Positions 1 through 10,039 of a stretch of 64,000 nt of DNA are shown here, one piece after another. The stretch comes from an uncultured Bacteroidales bacterium. Lineage in GTDB: Bacteria; Bacteroidota; Bacteroidia; Bacteroidales; Bacteroidaceae. Below the pieces are notes generated by a model. The model made no database searches, was not told where the DNA came from, and saw nothing but the letters and a program-made list of their open reading frames with translations. The stretch is from contig CACYXI010000010.1 in the NCBI GenBank assembly GCA_902778265.1, positions 985 to 64,984 of the forward strand, in the 5' to 3' direction. The position numbers and the translations under genes are program-made. Each line of letters opens with the position of its first letter. Position 1 is the stretch's first letter.

Positions 1-118
1 AGTATCTTTTACCCGCCTCATTTTAGCACTTATATCTAACGGCTTGGCTTACAGCACTTTATGTGGTGACAACCATTCTGCACACACGGAGGTTGACTGA
101 TTTTTCGCTGCAAAGGTA
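1..118 (-). promoter_or_regulatory. Bacteroidetes -7 promoter (TACCTTTG) followed by a leader running off the left edge
   Basis: Minus strand tgTACCTTTGcagcg at ~108-120, then a non-coding, GC-richer leader containing GAGGCGGGTA; the downstream gene is outside the window. Confidence 0.5.
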
Positions 119-554
119 CAAAGAAAAAAAGAAACTACCAAATCTATTAGGATTCTTTATGGTATTCGTTCTGTTTATATAAAATACAATAAAAATTATA
201 GTGATTTTTTATAAATATCAAAAAAAAATATTTACTTTCAGACCTCTGTTACCATAACAAAAACACGCAGAAAACAATGATATTAACTACGCACCAAATA
301 GGGTGTGTGAGAGTGTTCTTCACAAGATAAAAGAAGAATGTGATTTGTCGTGTTAGCAATATTAATCTTAGATTTCAAAATCTCATGTATAATCTGAGTT
401 ATCTTGTCTTGATTGCTTCTTTTCTTGCAAGATTCCAAGTCTTTTTGCAGGTCTAAAAAAACGAATTCCTATTGTAACTTACATACAAAATAAGTGTGCT
501 GCGGCAATGAACCACAACACACTCCTACTCTTATTATCTGCAATACTACTTACT

Positions 555-1943
555 TTACGCTACTGTCCTGTCGATCTTAGACATCTTCATTCTTCTTTCT
601 TGATCCATACTATCAATAGCATCAATAACATTGTTGGTCAACTTATGCGTTGCCTTTATGTATGGCTCTAGATCTTCAATGCACTTATGTCCCGTAATCT
701 CTGCTATATGCTCTATTGGCATACCGGCATTGTAAGCCATGCAGATGAATGTCCTTCGCCCGCAATGACTCTCAAGATCTGCCCTATCAGTATATACTAC
801 CTCAGACTTGTTCAATCGGTACTGAATGTCTTTCCACTTTCCCTTTATTCCTGCGAGATGACCGAGTTCCTTAAGATGCTTATTATACTTACTATTACTA
901 AGAACCGGAAATGCTGCGTTATTCTCATACAAGTACATACTGTACTTCTCGTAGATTATCTTTGCACGCTGTGGGAGCTTGAAGTCTATAACAGTATTCT
1001 GCTTTTGGGTTACCTTTCTCATATAGAGATCTCCGTCTTTACGATAGAAGTCTTTTTGCGTGAGACTCTTCAAGTCTGAATATCTGAGAGCAGTATAACA
1101 TTGGAAAAGAAACATGTCTCGTGTTACTTGCATAGATGAAGTCTTCAACTCAAGATTCCACAATCTATCAACTTCTTCGACAGTTAAGAATCTTACTTCC
1201 TTCACTGCCTCTTTTAACGAAGGATTGTATCTCCAGTATTCTGGATTAACTGTATAACCATGATCTTCTGCCCAGTAATTAAAACATCTAAGATAAGTCA
1301 GCCTCTTGTTTATAGCATCGTTATACATTGACAGAGAAAGATGTTTAATAAACTCTATCATCTTTTTTCTGGTAAGATTCTCAAGACTAAGATTGTTATC
1401 GAATTCTAAAAGTCTATTCTCTAACTGTAAATATGGTTGGATTGCATCTTCTTTACATTGAGAATCAATATGTCTAATCTTCATATCTTCAAGGAAGTTA
1501 CCGTAAAGTTCAAAGAAAGTCTTCTGGACTGCCGCAAGTCTTGGTATAGCAGTATGTTCTTTAGACTCGCCTTCATGTGAAACCTCTGAATTAAACCACA
1601 GTCTTAGTTCATCTAGACTCGGATCTAGACTATTCTCTTCACAGGTCAAGAAGTAGTAATCAATCCACTCTTCATATCTTGTCAGTCTTCGATTGATGTC
1701 ATTATAACTTGCACCATAGACCTTGCATCCCCTCTTAATTCTGTGATTATCCCACTGGTCTTTACTTTCAATTTTTATTCCAGGACGCAGATCTATTCTG
1801 TCCCCACCATAAGTTACCCTAATTCTTATTATATAAGATGTTCTGTTAGATACTATAGATGTACTAATCCCGTAGGTTATCTTAACCATATCACTACTCG
1901 TCTGCCCTGACCTTGCTGTGGCATCTGGCACGCCGTTGTACAT
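555..1943 (-). CDS. Tyrosine recombinase/integrase (Bacteroidales arm-binding + SAM-like + catalytic domains)
   Basis: IRIRVTYGGDRIDL arm domain; catalytic motifs ALRYSDL, SHCGRRTF, TGH...PY. Confidence 0.92.
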   Translation of the reverse strand: MYNGVPDATARSGQTSSDMVKITYGISTSIVSNRTSYIIRIRVTYGGDRIDLRPGIKIESKDQWDNHRIKRGCKVYGASYNDINRRLTRYEEWIDYYFLTCEENSLDPSLDELRLWFNSEVSHEGESKEHTAIPRLAAVQKTFFELYGNFLEDMKIRHIDSQCKEDAIQPYLQLENRLLEFDNNLSLENLTRKKMIEFIKHLSLSMYNDAINKRLTYLRCFNYWAEDHGYTVNPEYWRYNPSLKEAVKEVRFLTVEEVDRLWNLELKTSSMQVTRDMFLFQCYTALRYSDLKSLTQKDFYRKDGDLYMRKVTQKQNTVIDFKLPQRAKIIYEKYSMYLYENNAAFPVLSNSKYNKHLKELGHLAGIKGKWKDIQYRLNKSEVVYTDRADLESHCGRRTFICMAYNAGMPIEHIAEITGHKCIEDLEPYIKATHKLTNNVIDAIDSMDQERRMKMSKIDRTVA

Positions 1944-2127
1944 TTTCTTAATGAATTCTGAAAATTATACTTGCGTTTCCCAAAAAAGTTTTTCTATATT
2001 ATCCTAAAAAAACCTATAAAAACATGTCAAGTGCATATGTGTGTTTTTCATCACTTCAAAATACAATATGAAGTACTATCTGAAAGTCAGAATAAAACTT
2101 GTGTAGGTATTATATTAAGGAAGAAAC

Positions 2128-2152
2128 AAAAAAGCCACCAAGTTGGTGGCTT
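2128..2152. terminator. Intrinsic terminator after the restriction gene
   Basis: aaaaaAGCCACCAagTTGGTGGCT hairpin with U-tract on the minus strand. Confidence 0.7.
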
Positions 2153-2171
2153 ACTACAGATGTCCTATATA

Positions 2172-4310
2172 CTATGCTTCTAACTCACTTATTACCGCGA
2201 ATTGTGAATCATATCTTGTTTCTTTTGTGTATTCTTTCTTTGTTGAATCAAAAGTTGAAACATCAAGTTCCCCTGTGTCAATATCAACCGACAGATACAT
2301 TTCTGTTGTTTTTACATTTTTGTATCTATCAAGTTCCACCTCCACAGTCGAAACAACCTTGCACGCATCTTTCACAGCAAACAGATGTTGCCCCTTTGCG
2401 CTTCGATGATGAAACAGGACATATCCAATAGAAGACAGATGTTCAACTATCTCCATAGATTCCTTGGTATATTTCACACCGACTGCAATCTTCCCAGTGG
2501 CAAGAAAATTCTTGCTCTTTGTGTCGTAGTCCTCCATCATCACCATAAGTACGCCATCTTTCTCTGGGGCAGGAACAACTTCTCTTTTTCTTGCCTCATT
2601 TATAATCGGTTCAGGATTCTCACCTAATTTGCATGGTTCTACAAAGAAGAACTTCTCAAGTTCCGCTAACAGTAGATTGTTGCTATCACGATCTTTTTTA
2701 TCAAGAGCCAGGGAGAAGATACTATCATCAGCAAAAGGCTTGTAAGTCTTTCCCAACACTTCTTGGAAGTGTGTCTTGAAATATAGTCGGGCATCCACAC
2801 CGGGCTTTGCAGCCATAGCATAGAAACTAAACTCATCTTGCAGCCAATCCTGAATCTCTTCACGGAACTTGTTGCGAATCTTATGTTTCCACTCTGCTTT
2901 CTGTGATACATTATCCCTTGCATAAAGGGATAGCACAAAAAGGAAATTTACATCATAGTGGAACAGCAACAACGTATCTCGGTCGAAAAGGCGGTTCTTG
3001 AATTGCTCCTTACGATGTCTGTTATGTCGTCGATCAGTCTTCTCGATGCCGTCATGTGCATAATCGAAGGCTTCATCCATTTTCGCGGAAACGAAGAAGT
3101 TTGGAATGATGTTGTAGCCCTCTGTTACATCATCTCGAAGCTTTACACCAGACTGTGGCACATCACCACGATTAAAGATGTCGAGATTCCATTGAATCAC
3201 ATTACGGGCGTATGTATATTGCTTGTAGATAGATTCATTTCCAAGCGGATGTCCCATCTTATAATACTTAGAATCGCCAATATAGTACGTCTGACCAGTC
3301 TCACTTTCTATGAGACTCTTCGCTGTATATAGGTGGTCAACAATCTTTCCGTCTTCCTGCTTCTTCTCCATACCGTCAGGCAAAGGATTGTCACCAATCA
3401 GCTCGTCTATTATAGATTCAAAGACACTGAAGAAATCTTTTACAAGCAGATATTCCTTCTTCTCTGTGTTAACAAAGACTTGTCTGGCTTCATCAAAGAA
3501 AGCATAACACAAGTTCCATAGTTCAAGAGCCTTGTCAGAGAAATACTTGTACTTTATCTGTCGCAAGCGAGTAAGACCATACCCGTTAAGATAGGTTTTG
3601 AATTGTGCGCCCTTAATAAGCTGAAACTGGCACTTTATTTCCTTGTGGAATCCGTAGGTATCACCAATATAGTTCAGTATAGAAAAGAAGATAACAAGTA
3701 ATTCCTCATCAAAATTAATCTGTCTTTTCTTGTTTACAGCCTTCAGATAGATAGGCTGCTCACCTTGTACTATGGCAGTTTCATGGCTGATAGTTCTGGT
3801 CCAGTTTATTTTGTTGTAACCAGAATGCAGATTCTTCACGATGAAGAAAAAGAAACTCTGGTTATCCCTGTTGAACTGTAATAGTTGCAGCAGGATGTCA
3901 AGGTATGTATTGCTCAACCTTCGGCTTCCTTTGCCTATCTGTGCTATCTTTGTATGATACACTATGCTCGTGTCATTCTTTTTGTCGTTCTTGAAGACAA
4001 CGATAGCACGGTATATCCACACGGCAAACTTATAAAGGAAGTCCTTTTCCCTGACTTCCATATCCTTGTTCTTGTCGGGTGAGACAATATCCTCCGGAAT
4101 GTATTTGCCGAAAGCAAGTTCTTGTCCATTCACATCTTTGAGAAGTACCTTTGGAAGAATAAACACGCAGTCTTTCAGCAGAGTATTGTAGTAATACCCC
4201 ACATAGTGAATAGACACCTTGCCTTCTACGTTCTCCAAAGCATCAATGCCATGAAGAATGTCCTTCACCTTGGCTACGTCGTACTGATATTCTTCTATGA
4301 GTATTCTCAT
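2172..4310 (-). CDS. LlaJI-family (McrC-like) restriction endonuclease subunit
   Basis: KINWTRTI motif, PD-(D/E)xK-like DHLY...IGDSKYY, KQYTYARN; ATGA overlap with the McrB-like gene; ends in TAG. Confidence 0.85.
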   Translation of the reverse strand: MRILIEEYQYDVAKVKDILHGIDALENVEGKVSIHYVGYYYNTLLKDCVFILPKVLLKDVNGQELAFGKYIPEDIVSPDKNKDMEVREKDFLYKFAVWIYRAIVVFKNDKKNDTSIVYHTKIAQIGKGSRRLSNTYLDILLQLLQFNRDNQSFFFFIVKNLHSGYNKINWTRTISHETAIVQGEQPIYLKAVNKKRQINFDEELLVIFFSILNYIGDTYGFHKEIKCQFQLIKGAQFKTYLNGYGLTRLRQIKYKYFSDKALELWNLCYAFFDEARQVFVNTEKKEYLLVKDFFSVFESIIDELIGDNPLPDGMEKKQEDGKIVDHLYTAKSLIESETGQTYYIGDSKYYKMGHPLGNESIYKQYTYARNVIQWNLDIFNRGDVPQSGVKLRDDVTEGYNIIPNFFVSAKMDEAFDYAHDGIEKTDRRHNRHRKEQFKNRLFDRDTLLLFHYDVNFLFVLSLYARDNVSQKAEWKHKIRNKFREEIQDWLQDEFSFYAMAAKPGVDARLYFKTHFQEVLGKTYKPFADDSIFSLALDKKDRDSNNLLLAELEKFFFVEPCKLGENPEPIINEARKREVVPAPEKDGVLMVMMEDYDTKSKNFLATGKIAVGVKYTKESMEIVEHLSSIGYVLFHHRSAKGQHLFAVKDACKVVSTVEVELDRYKNVKTTEMYLSVDIDTGELDVSTFDSTKKEYTKETRYDSQFAVISELEA

Positions 4311-6346
4311 TCTTCAACCTTTGAAAGTCTTATTCCCCAATCTTGTTGATTAATAGCATCTATCAACTTAAATACCATCCCATTGCTACCATACCCATTA
4401 TGAGCAACATAGATTACAGAATCTCCACATTTTATCTCATGAGAACGCTTGCTATCATCTGTGCGAGCGTCAAAATCTTCTTTTGATTCTACAAAATGAG
4501 ATACTTTAATACCCAATTTTTTCCAATTTGCAAGGACATCTTCTACAGGCATATCAGGATTAAGTTCTATGTACTTCTTCATACATTCTGCAGCAAGATT
4601 ATTTTTGCCATATCTTCCTATTCCATTTACAGAAAATTTACTATAGTCTCGGCTGGTAGAAGATTCTTCATTCCCATCTTCATCTTCAATAACTTCTTCT
4701 GTACTGATATTTGTAATAGGTTTTACACCAAGATTCTGCAAGAAAAGTGTCACCTTGTCTTCTTTGACCTTTGTTTTGCCATCCACACCAACTGTATAGA
4801 ACTTGTTGAATGATAGCAATGTGCTATCATCATCTTTGAACAAGTCACCTGCCTCTTCTGCAAAGTCCTTAAACACATCGTTCCAAATGTAGAACACCAC
4901 TTTGCCTACAAAGGTTCCTGCATCAATGACACCGTTCTTTGTCTTACAGAAGAAGTATCCAAGTTTCTTGTCTTCGGAATTGGTGGTAGAGCCAATCTTG
5001 TCGTTCATCTTCTGTAGGAAGTCCCACCAGTCGTAACGCTTGCCGTTGGCTTCTATCTGCCAGTCCTTCTTTCCGTCAGAGATAGGCATATACTGCCAGT
5101 CCCATCTACGCTTGAAAGCAGAATCAATAGGGAAGAGACTTTGGTCACTCGTGTTCATGGTTGCCCATATATATAGATTCTTTGGCAGTTTCATCAGTTC
5201 ACCTGAACGCACTTCTTCTGGTATTGCGTCTTTCTGTTCATCCGACAAGGCAGCAAAGCCATATTTCTTGTCTGTTAGTAAGAACTTCTGAATGTCTTCG
5301 TCAGGTGATATTGGATAATCTGATTCACCCTCATCGTTTCTGTCAAGCAACTGGAACAGATCACCGAAGATCTGGGCACAATTACCACGGTTTATTTCCT
5401 CTATTATTAGGAAGAAAGGCTTGTCTTGATTCTTCCATGCTCCAGTATAGGCTTTCAAGAATGCCTGTGGCACAAACTCATATACAATCTTCTTCTCTTT
5501 TCGTGGAGTTCCGTCTGGATTTTCAGCCTGTACAGCCTTTGTGCCTATCATTGTCATTACAGGCACCTCTACAGATGTAGGCTTGTATGCACCCACGAAA
5601 GTTGAATAATCGCTATCCGGGTGAAATGTAGTACGCACTCTTGGCAAATCTTTTTGGTCAACCTCACATTTTATTGTGTTGGATTTACCTGTACCAGGAG
5701 CGCCATAGAAGATTTGCTGAAGAATGTCATTGTACTCCCCCAACGACACATAACCCGACTTTTCCTCACCATCTATTGGTATCAAAGATTTCCATTCTTC
5801 AGAACGATTTCTACTCCTTATATTTTGGTTATAAACCATCGGAGCTGAAGCATTCACTACTACAGCACTAAAATATAATTCAGATTGATTTTTTATTGAA
5901 ATATCATAAACAAACCAACATCCATTAGTACTACAGCCCAATTTTTGCTGCATTTTGTTTATGCATAATTGATTTTCAATTCCGTTATATTTTATATATG
6001 GCGCATATGTTATTAATAACCTTCCATCATGACTTCTCGAGTGTTCACGAACTAGTAATAATACATATTGAGCATTCTCTATTTTCTCATTATTTATAAA
6101 TACATCTTCAAAAACAGAGCAAGATATAACATCCCTATCTGCACTTCCTTTTGAAACATCTAGTTTATCCAGATCTACAACACTTTTGTATGTCATACCT
6201 ATTACCATATCAACAACCTCTTGTTTGAAATCGTCAATACGACATTGCCTTGATCTATTCTGTCCAATAGATGTCCCCCAAGCTGGAGTTGCTGTTTGTC
6301 CTTCAATCTTTGAATTGAAAAACATTGATGTAATGTCTATTTTCAT
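4307..6346 (-). CDS. McrB-like AAA+ GTPase restriction subunit
   Basis: Walker A GAPGTGKS, TTFHPDSDYSTFVG, IIEEINRGN, MNTSDQS, AFKRRW; start moved to 6346 (ATGA overlap with the MTase stop). Confidence 0.9.
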   Translation of the reverse strand: MKIDITSMFFNSKIEGQTATPAWGTSIGQNRSRQCRIDDFKQEVVDMVIGMTYKSVVDLDKLDVSKGSADRDVISCSVFEDVFINNEKIENAQYVLLLVREHSRSHDGRLLITYAPYIKYNGIENQLCINKMQQKLGCSTNGCWFVYDISIKNQSELYFSAVVVNASAPMVYNQNIRSRNRSEEWKSLIPIDGEEKSGYVSLGEYNDILQQIFYGAPGTGKSNTIKCEVDQKDLPRVRTTFHPDSDYSTFVGAYKPTSVEVPVMTMIGTKAVQAENPDGTPRKEKKIVYEFVPQAFLKAYTGAWKNQDKPFFLIIEEINRGNCAQIFGDLFQLLDRNDEGESDYPISPDEDIQKFLLTDKKYGFAALSDEQKDAIPEEVRSGELMKLPKNLYIWATMNTSDQSLFPIDSAFKRRWDWQYMPISDGKKDWQIEANGKRYDWWDFLQKMNDKIGSTTNSEDKKLGYFFCKTKNGVIDAGTFVGKVVFYIWNDVFKDFAEEAGDLFKDDDSTLLSFNKFYTVGVDGKTKVKEDKVTLFLQNLGVKPITNISTEEVIEDEDGNEESSTSRDYSKFSVNGIGRYGKNNLAAECMKKYIELNPDMPVEDVLANWKKLGIKVSHFVESKEDFDARTDDSKRSHEIKCGDSVIYVAHNGYGSNGMVFKLIDAINQQDWGIRLSKVEE

Positions 6347-7341
6347 AATAACTGCCAGAATATATGGTTTAACAATATGCCGACTAAGTTCACATCCCAT
6401 CCATTACCCGCTCTTCTGCCTAATTTCGTGTAATTCTGAGTTGGTGGGAATTGAATCTCATTATTTTCTCCATCCATATGAAATCCCATCAATCGAAAAT
6501 GTTCATCTAATGACAATTTTCTGAATCGCTCTTCACCATTCTGCATTGGTTCGATTATACGAATAACATTATGTTCTGGTGGTGTCACAGTCATACATAT
6601 CCTGTCGGTTCGTATTTTACGATTGTAGATATCATAACACAAAGGCTCGTCAACATCAAAGACATCATTGTGGTGTATTTCGTGAATGCGAGCGATCTGT
6701 CGTTGAGTCTTATATAATTCAGGAGCAGGATTGTGGTCTAAGAAATCGGCCAAATAGCCTTGTAGCGGTTTTTCGGGTGGAACCATATCAAAGCCCTCAG
6801 GAAGTTGTCCCAAATATCCAAATATCCACAGACGTTCTCTTGTTTGCGGGATACCATAATCTTTTGAATTAAGCACAGCATATCTCGTATCATATCCTAT
6901 TCTGTGCAATTCCGACAAAATAACTTCAAATGTAGCTTTCATCTTACCCGTCCTAAGACCTTTTACATTTTCAAGAAGTATATATTGGGGTTGCTTTACT
7001 TCACAAATTCTTATAATATCGCCAAAAAGAGTTCCTCGTCCTCTTTCATCCTCTTGGCCTTGTCTTTTACCAACTGTAGAGAAGGGCTGGCAAGGAAAAC
7101 CTCCTGTAAACAGATCAAAATCCGGGAGATTAGGGTCATTTGCATCTATTTTGGTTATATCTCCATAATTATGAACTCTAGGGAAGTTGTATTGGTATAA
7201 TTCAATTGCATCAGGGTCAAACTCTGAAAATCCAACAATTTCATGTTTAATTTTGGAACGCTTTAAACCATATGAAGCTCCGCCGTACCCAGCAAAGCCT
7301 TCAAATACTCTTATTGTCTGATGTTTTGGTAAACGATGCAT
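6343..7341 (-). CDS. DNA (cytosine-5)-methyltransferase of the RM cassette
   Basis: FAGYGG motif I, GFPCQPFS motif IV, ENV, PQTRER, AGNG. Confidence 0.93.
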   Translation of the reverse strand: MHRLPKHQTIRVFEGFAGYGGASYGLKRSKIKHEIVGFSEFDPDAIELYQYNFPRVHNYGDITKIDANDPNLPDFDLFTGGFPCQPFSTVGKRQGQEDERGRGTLFGDIIRICEVKQPQYILLENVKGLRTGKMKATFEVILSELHRIGYDTRYAVLNSKDYGIPQTRERLWIFGYLGQLPEGFDMVPPEKPLQGYLADFLDHNPAPELYKTQRQIARIHEIHHNDVFDVDEPLCYDIYNRKIRTDRICMTVTPPEHNVIRIIEPMQNGEERFRKLSLDEHFRLMGFHMDGENNEIQFPPTQNYTKLGRRAGNGWDVNLVGILLNHIFWQLL

Positions 7342-7561
7342 AAATTTTATAATGATTATTGTATAATAAATCCAATATCAACCGATACTTTAGTCTGTTA
7401 ATTACATTCTCAATATTATCGAATTGGATTTCTCTGCTTGTTTATTTGAAAGATATGACATGGTCAACTCTTTTTCGTTTCCCAAGAGACAGTTTCTTGG
7501 TACTTTTGTCCATAATTCCAAGTCTTTCTAATCAATGTACTCTATATAGTTTTGTGATAAG

Positions 7562-7843
7562 TTACACTATTGTCTTTAAACCTATTGCCTCTTGAAGTTC
7601 TTCAAGTCCAATATCGTAAATATCTACATCAGCCTTCTCACACGCTTTAAAACTCTCGTCCATTAGACGATTGTATATTGCGCACTCTTCAAGAGTAAAA
7701 GTGTTGATGCCCCCCTCGCAAGACACATAATCCTCGAACATGTCATCTGGATGAAAGTTCACCTTTCGTTCATCCACAATATGATGAAAAAAGGTTTTTA
7801 CATCCTCAACAGATCGGATATGTGAATCTACATTGTAGGTCAT
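7562..7843 (-). CDS. Small acidic hypothetical protein at the head of the RM operon
   Basis: 93-aa ORF (NFHPDDMFEDY); TACCTTTG promoter on the minus strand at ~7933-7940. Confidence 0.7.
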   Translation of the reverse strand: MTYNVDSHIRSVEDVKTFFHHIVDERKVNFHPDDMFEDYVSCEGGINTFTLEECAIYNRLMDESFKACEKADVDIYDIGLEELQEAIGLKTIV

Positions 7844-8231
7844 TTTGCTATTGGTTTATGAAGTTCATTGTTTAGTTCATACTTGGAATAAGACTTGTTC
7901 CCAAGAACAAACACATTTTTAGTTGTTGAGTACAAAGGTACGAAAAAAGAATGAAACAAGCGAAAGACACAACAACTTTTTTGGAGTAATTTTATAGTTA
8001 ACTATAAAAAAGCCCTTCCAAAAGAAAAACGAGTGGAATCATGACATATCAAAAAAACATATGGTAAAGATTCATTTATACATTAAAAAAAGGCCCTCGT
8101 CTTCTCAACGAAAGCCAAAGACATACAACTAAAAGTTCAATGCTCGTTTACAATTTCATCAAATCGAGATAGCACTGCCGAGAGTGTGGTTATGCGAATC
8201 TTAATGATTACCGCCCACACTCTCAGACACT

Positions 8232-8603
8232 TCAACACCGAAGGAGATTAGGGTCTTCAGCTATAAGTTGTTCGAGTCTTTCAACATAAATATGCCAGGT
8301 TCTCCCGACCATAATAGCAACCCCATTCTCTTGAAGAACATTCTTATTAAGAATATTCTGTGCCGTACCAGGTGACTTATGTATGTAGTCTGCGAACTGG
8401 CGTACACCTATTATTGTTCTTCCGGAATTCTCACCTAATATAGTAGTCTTGTTTCTTCGATTATGATTTATAATCGCTTCTAATTCACGTTCCAGATTAG
8501 TAACAAGTACTTGTTGTTGCCCAAGACTATCTTTCATCTGCATAAGCAGATTGCTTATGGTCTGGAGATTGTCAGTATTCTTGTATCTCATAATATCATC
8601 CAA
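8232..8603 (-). CDS. Excisionase-like HTH DNA-binding protein with N-terminal coiled coil
   Basis: IIGVRQFADYIHKSPGTAQNILN...MVGRTWHIY winged-HTH pattern; overlaps the MTase stop. Confidence 0.65.
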   Translation of the reverse strand: MDDIMRYKNTDNLQTISNLLMQMKDSLGQQQVLVTNLERELEAIINHNRRNKTTILGENSGRTIIGVRQFADYIHKSPGTAQNILNKNVLQENGVAIMVGRTWHIYVERLEQLIAEDPNLLRC

Positions 8604-9942
8604 TTAATAAAGACTTAAATACATAAAATAGCATATCTACAACAATAGAGTTTCCTGCCATTTTTTTTAATGCTGACTCATCTGTTGCAATGTGTTTCAT
8701 GATGACTTTGCCTGTTTTTTCATTCTTAATAGGCATCATCATCATAGATTTAATAGCTTCTTCTGTGTAATTTATCTTCATGAGTTCTTTCTCAGGATTA
8801 AGCATTCTCTTCACATATTCCTTAGGAACACTCATCAGACGAAGACATTCGGCAGCAGTCAAGTCTCTCAAGCGAATGAACTGACTTCCGTTGAGATTTC
8901 TAACTGCAGATAGTATTTCTTCACGACTATTATTGCAGAGATCTCTATTCTTCTTATATTTGGCAGACAACTTACCCCAATTTACTTTTTCACATTCTAG
9001 ATCCATCAGGCTCTCCCAGATTTCAACTACCCCAGTCTTGGGGTAATGCCCAGTACTGAGTAAATACGTGATGTCTCTACTCTTTATATATGAAGATGCC
9101 ATAAGAGTCGTCGCAAGACCATTCTTGGTGGTCGGAGTAATAATCTTCTTTACTGGATGACTATTCTTTATTGTCTCCTTTTTTATTTTTGGCATCTTAA
9201 CATTCGATAACTCATTATCACCAGATGCTAAGATTGCGATAAAAGACCTCACCTTCTCATCCGGAAGATAGTTTTTCTCGCCTACATCAACATCTAAGAT
9301 AGAGTCTATAGTGGTAGGTTTAAGATTCTGTACCACAGGAAATACATAATGTGGGTCTTCTTCATTGTCTTTCCTTATAGAGACCATGATTGTACGTTCT
9401 CGATGTTGTGGAACACCATAGTCTGCAGCATCTAAGACCTTGAGATAATTCCAATATCCCAATCTACACATTGTGAATTCCCATTTCATAAAATCTTTAT
9501 ACATTACTGTAGATTCTGTATCATCATCTCCTTTTTTCGTTTTCTGTTTTGTTACGAGAGCCTTTACATTCTCCATAATACAGAACTTCGGTCTCTTGAC
9601 TTCGATTGCTCGTTCACATTCCCACAGCAGAGAAGATGTGGTGTTAGAACCTTTTCTAATACCCCCACTCTTCCCCGACTTCGACACTGCTTGACAAGGG
9701 AAGCTATAGGTAAACATATCAAAATTAGGTACTTTTGCCCAGTCTATCTTACTGATATCACCATAGTTACATTGAGAATATTCCGGGAATGCAGCATTGT
9801 GCGCTGCAATTGCAGCAGGCTCAATCTCTGCCCACCCGACAAGTTCGAACTTGATATTTTTAGATCTGTCAGATAGCATTCTCAATGCCATCATCTGACT
9901 GTCATAACCGCTGAATGCGGTAAATATATGATATTTTTTCAT
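8596..9942 (-). CDS. Second DNA (cytosine-5)-methyltransferase with a long variable region
   Basis: FSGYDSQ, YSFPCQ, ENV, PQHRER, AGNSIVV; likely start MKKYHIF at 9942. Confidence 0.9.
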   Translation of the reverse strand: MKKYHIFTAFSGYDSQMMALRMLSDRSKNIKFELVGWAEIEPAAIAAHNAAFPEYSQCNYGDISKIDWAKVPNFDMFTYSFPCQAVSKSGKSGGIRKGSNTTSSLLWECERAIEVKRPKFCIMENVKALVTKQKTKKGDDDTESTVMYKDFMKWEFTMCRLGYWNYLKVLDAADYGVPQHRERTIMVSIRKDNEEDPHYVFPVVQNLKPTTIDSILDVDVGEKNYLPDEKVRSFIAILASGDNELSNVKMPKIKKETIKNSHPVKKIITPTTKNGLATTLMASSYIKSRDITYLLSTGHYPKTGVVEIWESLMDLECEKVNWGKLSAKYKKNRDLCNNSREEILSAVRNLNGSQFIRLRDLTAAECLRLMSVPKEYVKRMLNPEKELMKINYTEEAIKSMMMMPIKNEKTGKVIMKHIATDESALKKMAGNSIVVDMLFYVFKSLLIG

Positions 9943-10039
9943 ATTCTTTATGTTTTTTATATGTTGGAGACTATAGTCTCTAGTCTCCAACAAAGAGTAA
10001 AACTTATTATTGTAAGATTATTATTAGTTGTCATATAGA

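Noticed and set aside
7345-7560. Possible extra gene between the small ORF and the RM methyltransferase
   Set aside because: The minus-strand ATG frame stops at TAA after ~23 codons, with no recognisable motif.
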